A stretch of DNA of 60,564 bases, counting the filler, from Blastocystis sp. subtype 4 (Eukaryota): the NCBI RefSeq assembly GCF_000743755.1. It is 2 parts of 2 records of this genome, joined end to end, with 100 filler letters (N's around TTAATTAATTAA, not from the genome) between each part and the next. Parts side by side here need not be neighbours in the genome. Positions count along the whole stretch, not along the records: positions 30,580 to 60,564 come from NW_014569429.1; 1 more part is not named here. The stretch is one strand, 5' to 3'. The notes beneath the pieces are model-generated. The model was not told where the DNA came from. It saw only the letters and a program-made list of their open reading frames with translations, and searched no databases. This document shows positions 59,625 through 60,564 of the stretch, piece by piece. Each line of letters begins with the position of its first letter. The stretch's first letter is position 1. Made by a program: the position numbers and the translations under genes.

Positions 59625-60040
59625 ATGGTATGTATTGAATGATATCTTTCAATTTACACATCATCTGACATGTTTTGACTGCTAATTGTGGAACTTAGTG
59701 TATATGACCAGAATTAACCAGTTGATATAGGGTAAGAGAACTAAGAAGGTAGGAATCTGCGGAAAGTATGGAACACGTTATGGTTCTTCCCTCCGAAAGA
59801 TTGTGAAGAAGATTGAAATCAGTCAACACAGCACGTATGAGAGAAACATTTGATGATGATTCTAGTTATGCTTGTGCTTTCTGCGGCAAGAATACGGTGA
59901 AGAGAACCTGTGTTGGTATTTGGGAATGCAAGAAGTGTGGTAAAGTACTTGCTGGAGGTGCCTGGAGTGTCGCTACTCCTGCTGCCTTGACTGTCAGATC
60001 TTCTATCCAGAGACTTCGCCGTTCCAAGGTGGAGGCTTAA
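59625..60040 (+). CDS. RPL37A: 60S ribosomal protein eL43 (L37a)
   Basis: [24 protein letters not shown]...[20 protein letters not shown]...AGGAW. Confidence 0.97.
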
Positions 60041-60170
60041 TTTCGATTTCTGTCTCTTATTCATGCCTGATTCTTCTTCTGTTTGTTGTTTAGAGAAATG
60101 TGGGTATCTTGTTGTATTCAAGTAGAAGAGTTGATAACAAATAATTCACAGCCATTTCTAATAAGATCAT

Positions 60171-60456
60171 TTACACATGAGTTGCACGTTGTAACCGTCT
60201 ACAAATCAAATATATATCTATGTTCTTACTTAATCTTATCCTCAACTACTGTCATATGATCTTCTAAAGTAGTAATACTGTGAAGCACATCTTTCCCTAA
60301 ATTATCACTCTTTATCACTATGCCCATACCAAATACATCAATGGAATGCAATAATCCGTCAAGCTGCGTAGTAATGCTCTGCAACTGTTCCCGATCATCC
60401 CAATCGCGTGAAAATCCATTAATATTTGCATCATTCAATTTAAATGTTTCCCTCAT
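60171..60456 (-). CDS. BRK1: BRICK1/HSPC300-like subunit of SCAR/WAVE complex
   Basis: RDWDDREQLQSIT..LDGLLHSIDVF resembles QDWANREYIEIIT..IKKIADFLNSF. About 74 aa after removing 33- and 31-nt introns. Confidence 0.6.
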
Positions 60457-60564
60457 CAACTATCCAACAAACAAATAACACCCAAATACCCAGAATTAAA
60501 GAACATACAGACTATCCATCACTCCAAAAATCAATTCTTACACTTCACCTCCATGCTTTCTGAA

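Noticed and set aside
1..60564. Transposons, integrases or viral genes
   Set aside because: No transposase, reverse transcriptase, integrase or capsid motifs, and no terminal repeats recognised.

Overview
Gene-dense, AT-rich eukaryotic nuclear DNA, most likely from the anaerobic gut stramenopile Blastocystis. This rests on pervasive ~30-nt GT-AG introns, tiny intergenic gaps, a TGTTTGTT motif at gene 3' ends, and genes whose stop codon appears to be completed by poly(A). I can support about 36 protein-coding genes, one tRNA-Leu(UAG) and one artificial scaffold gap. Most genes are housekeeping: RPLP1, PPCDC, DPH7, CK2beta, TBC1D23-like, PINX1, EIF1AD, CysRS, HscB, PSMA6, KATNIP, ADCK1, RFC4, UTP4, ADAL, G6PD, TIM10, RPL44, RPL37A and BRK1-like. 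The most unusual region is 39.1-50.4 kb. It holds five tandem, diverged, nearly intronless type-I membrane receptor-like genes. They share a conserved ectodomain core and a putative Ig module, and have divergent repeat-rich cytoplasmic tails (tandem YxxP motifs in two, a shared C-terminal motif in three). Also notable are an intronless bacterial-type NhaC antiporter (candidate lateral transfer), four genes with predicted poly(A)-completed UAA stops, a tRNA 18 nt upstream of the CysRS start, and two glycosyltransferase-like proteins with degenerate DxD motifs. Exon boundaries were read by eye, so several coordinates are approximate. No database searches were run.
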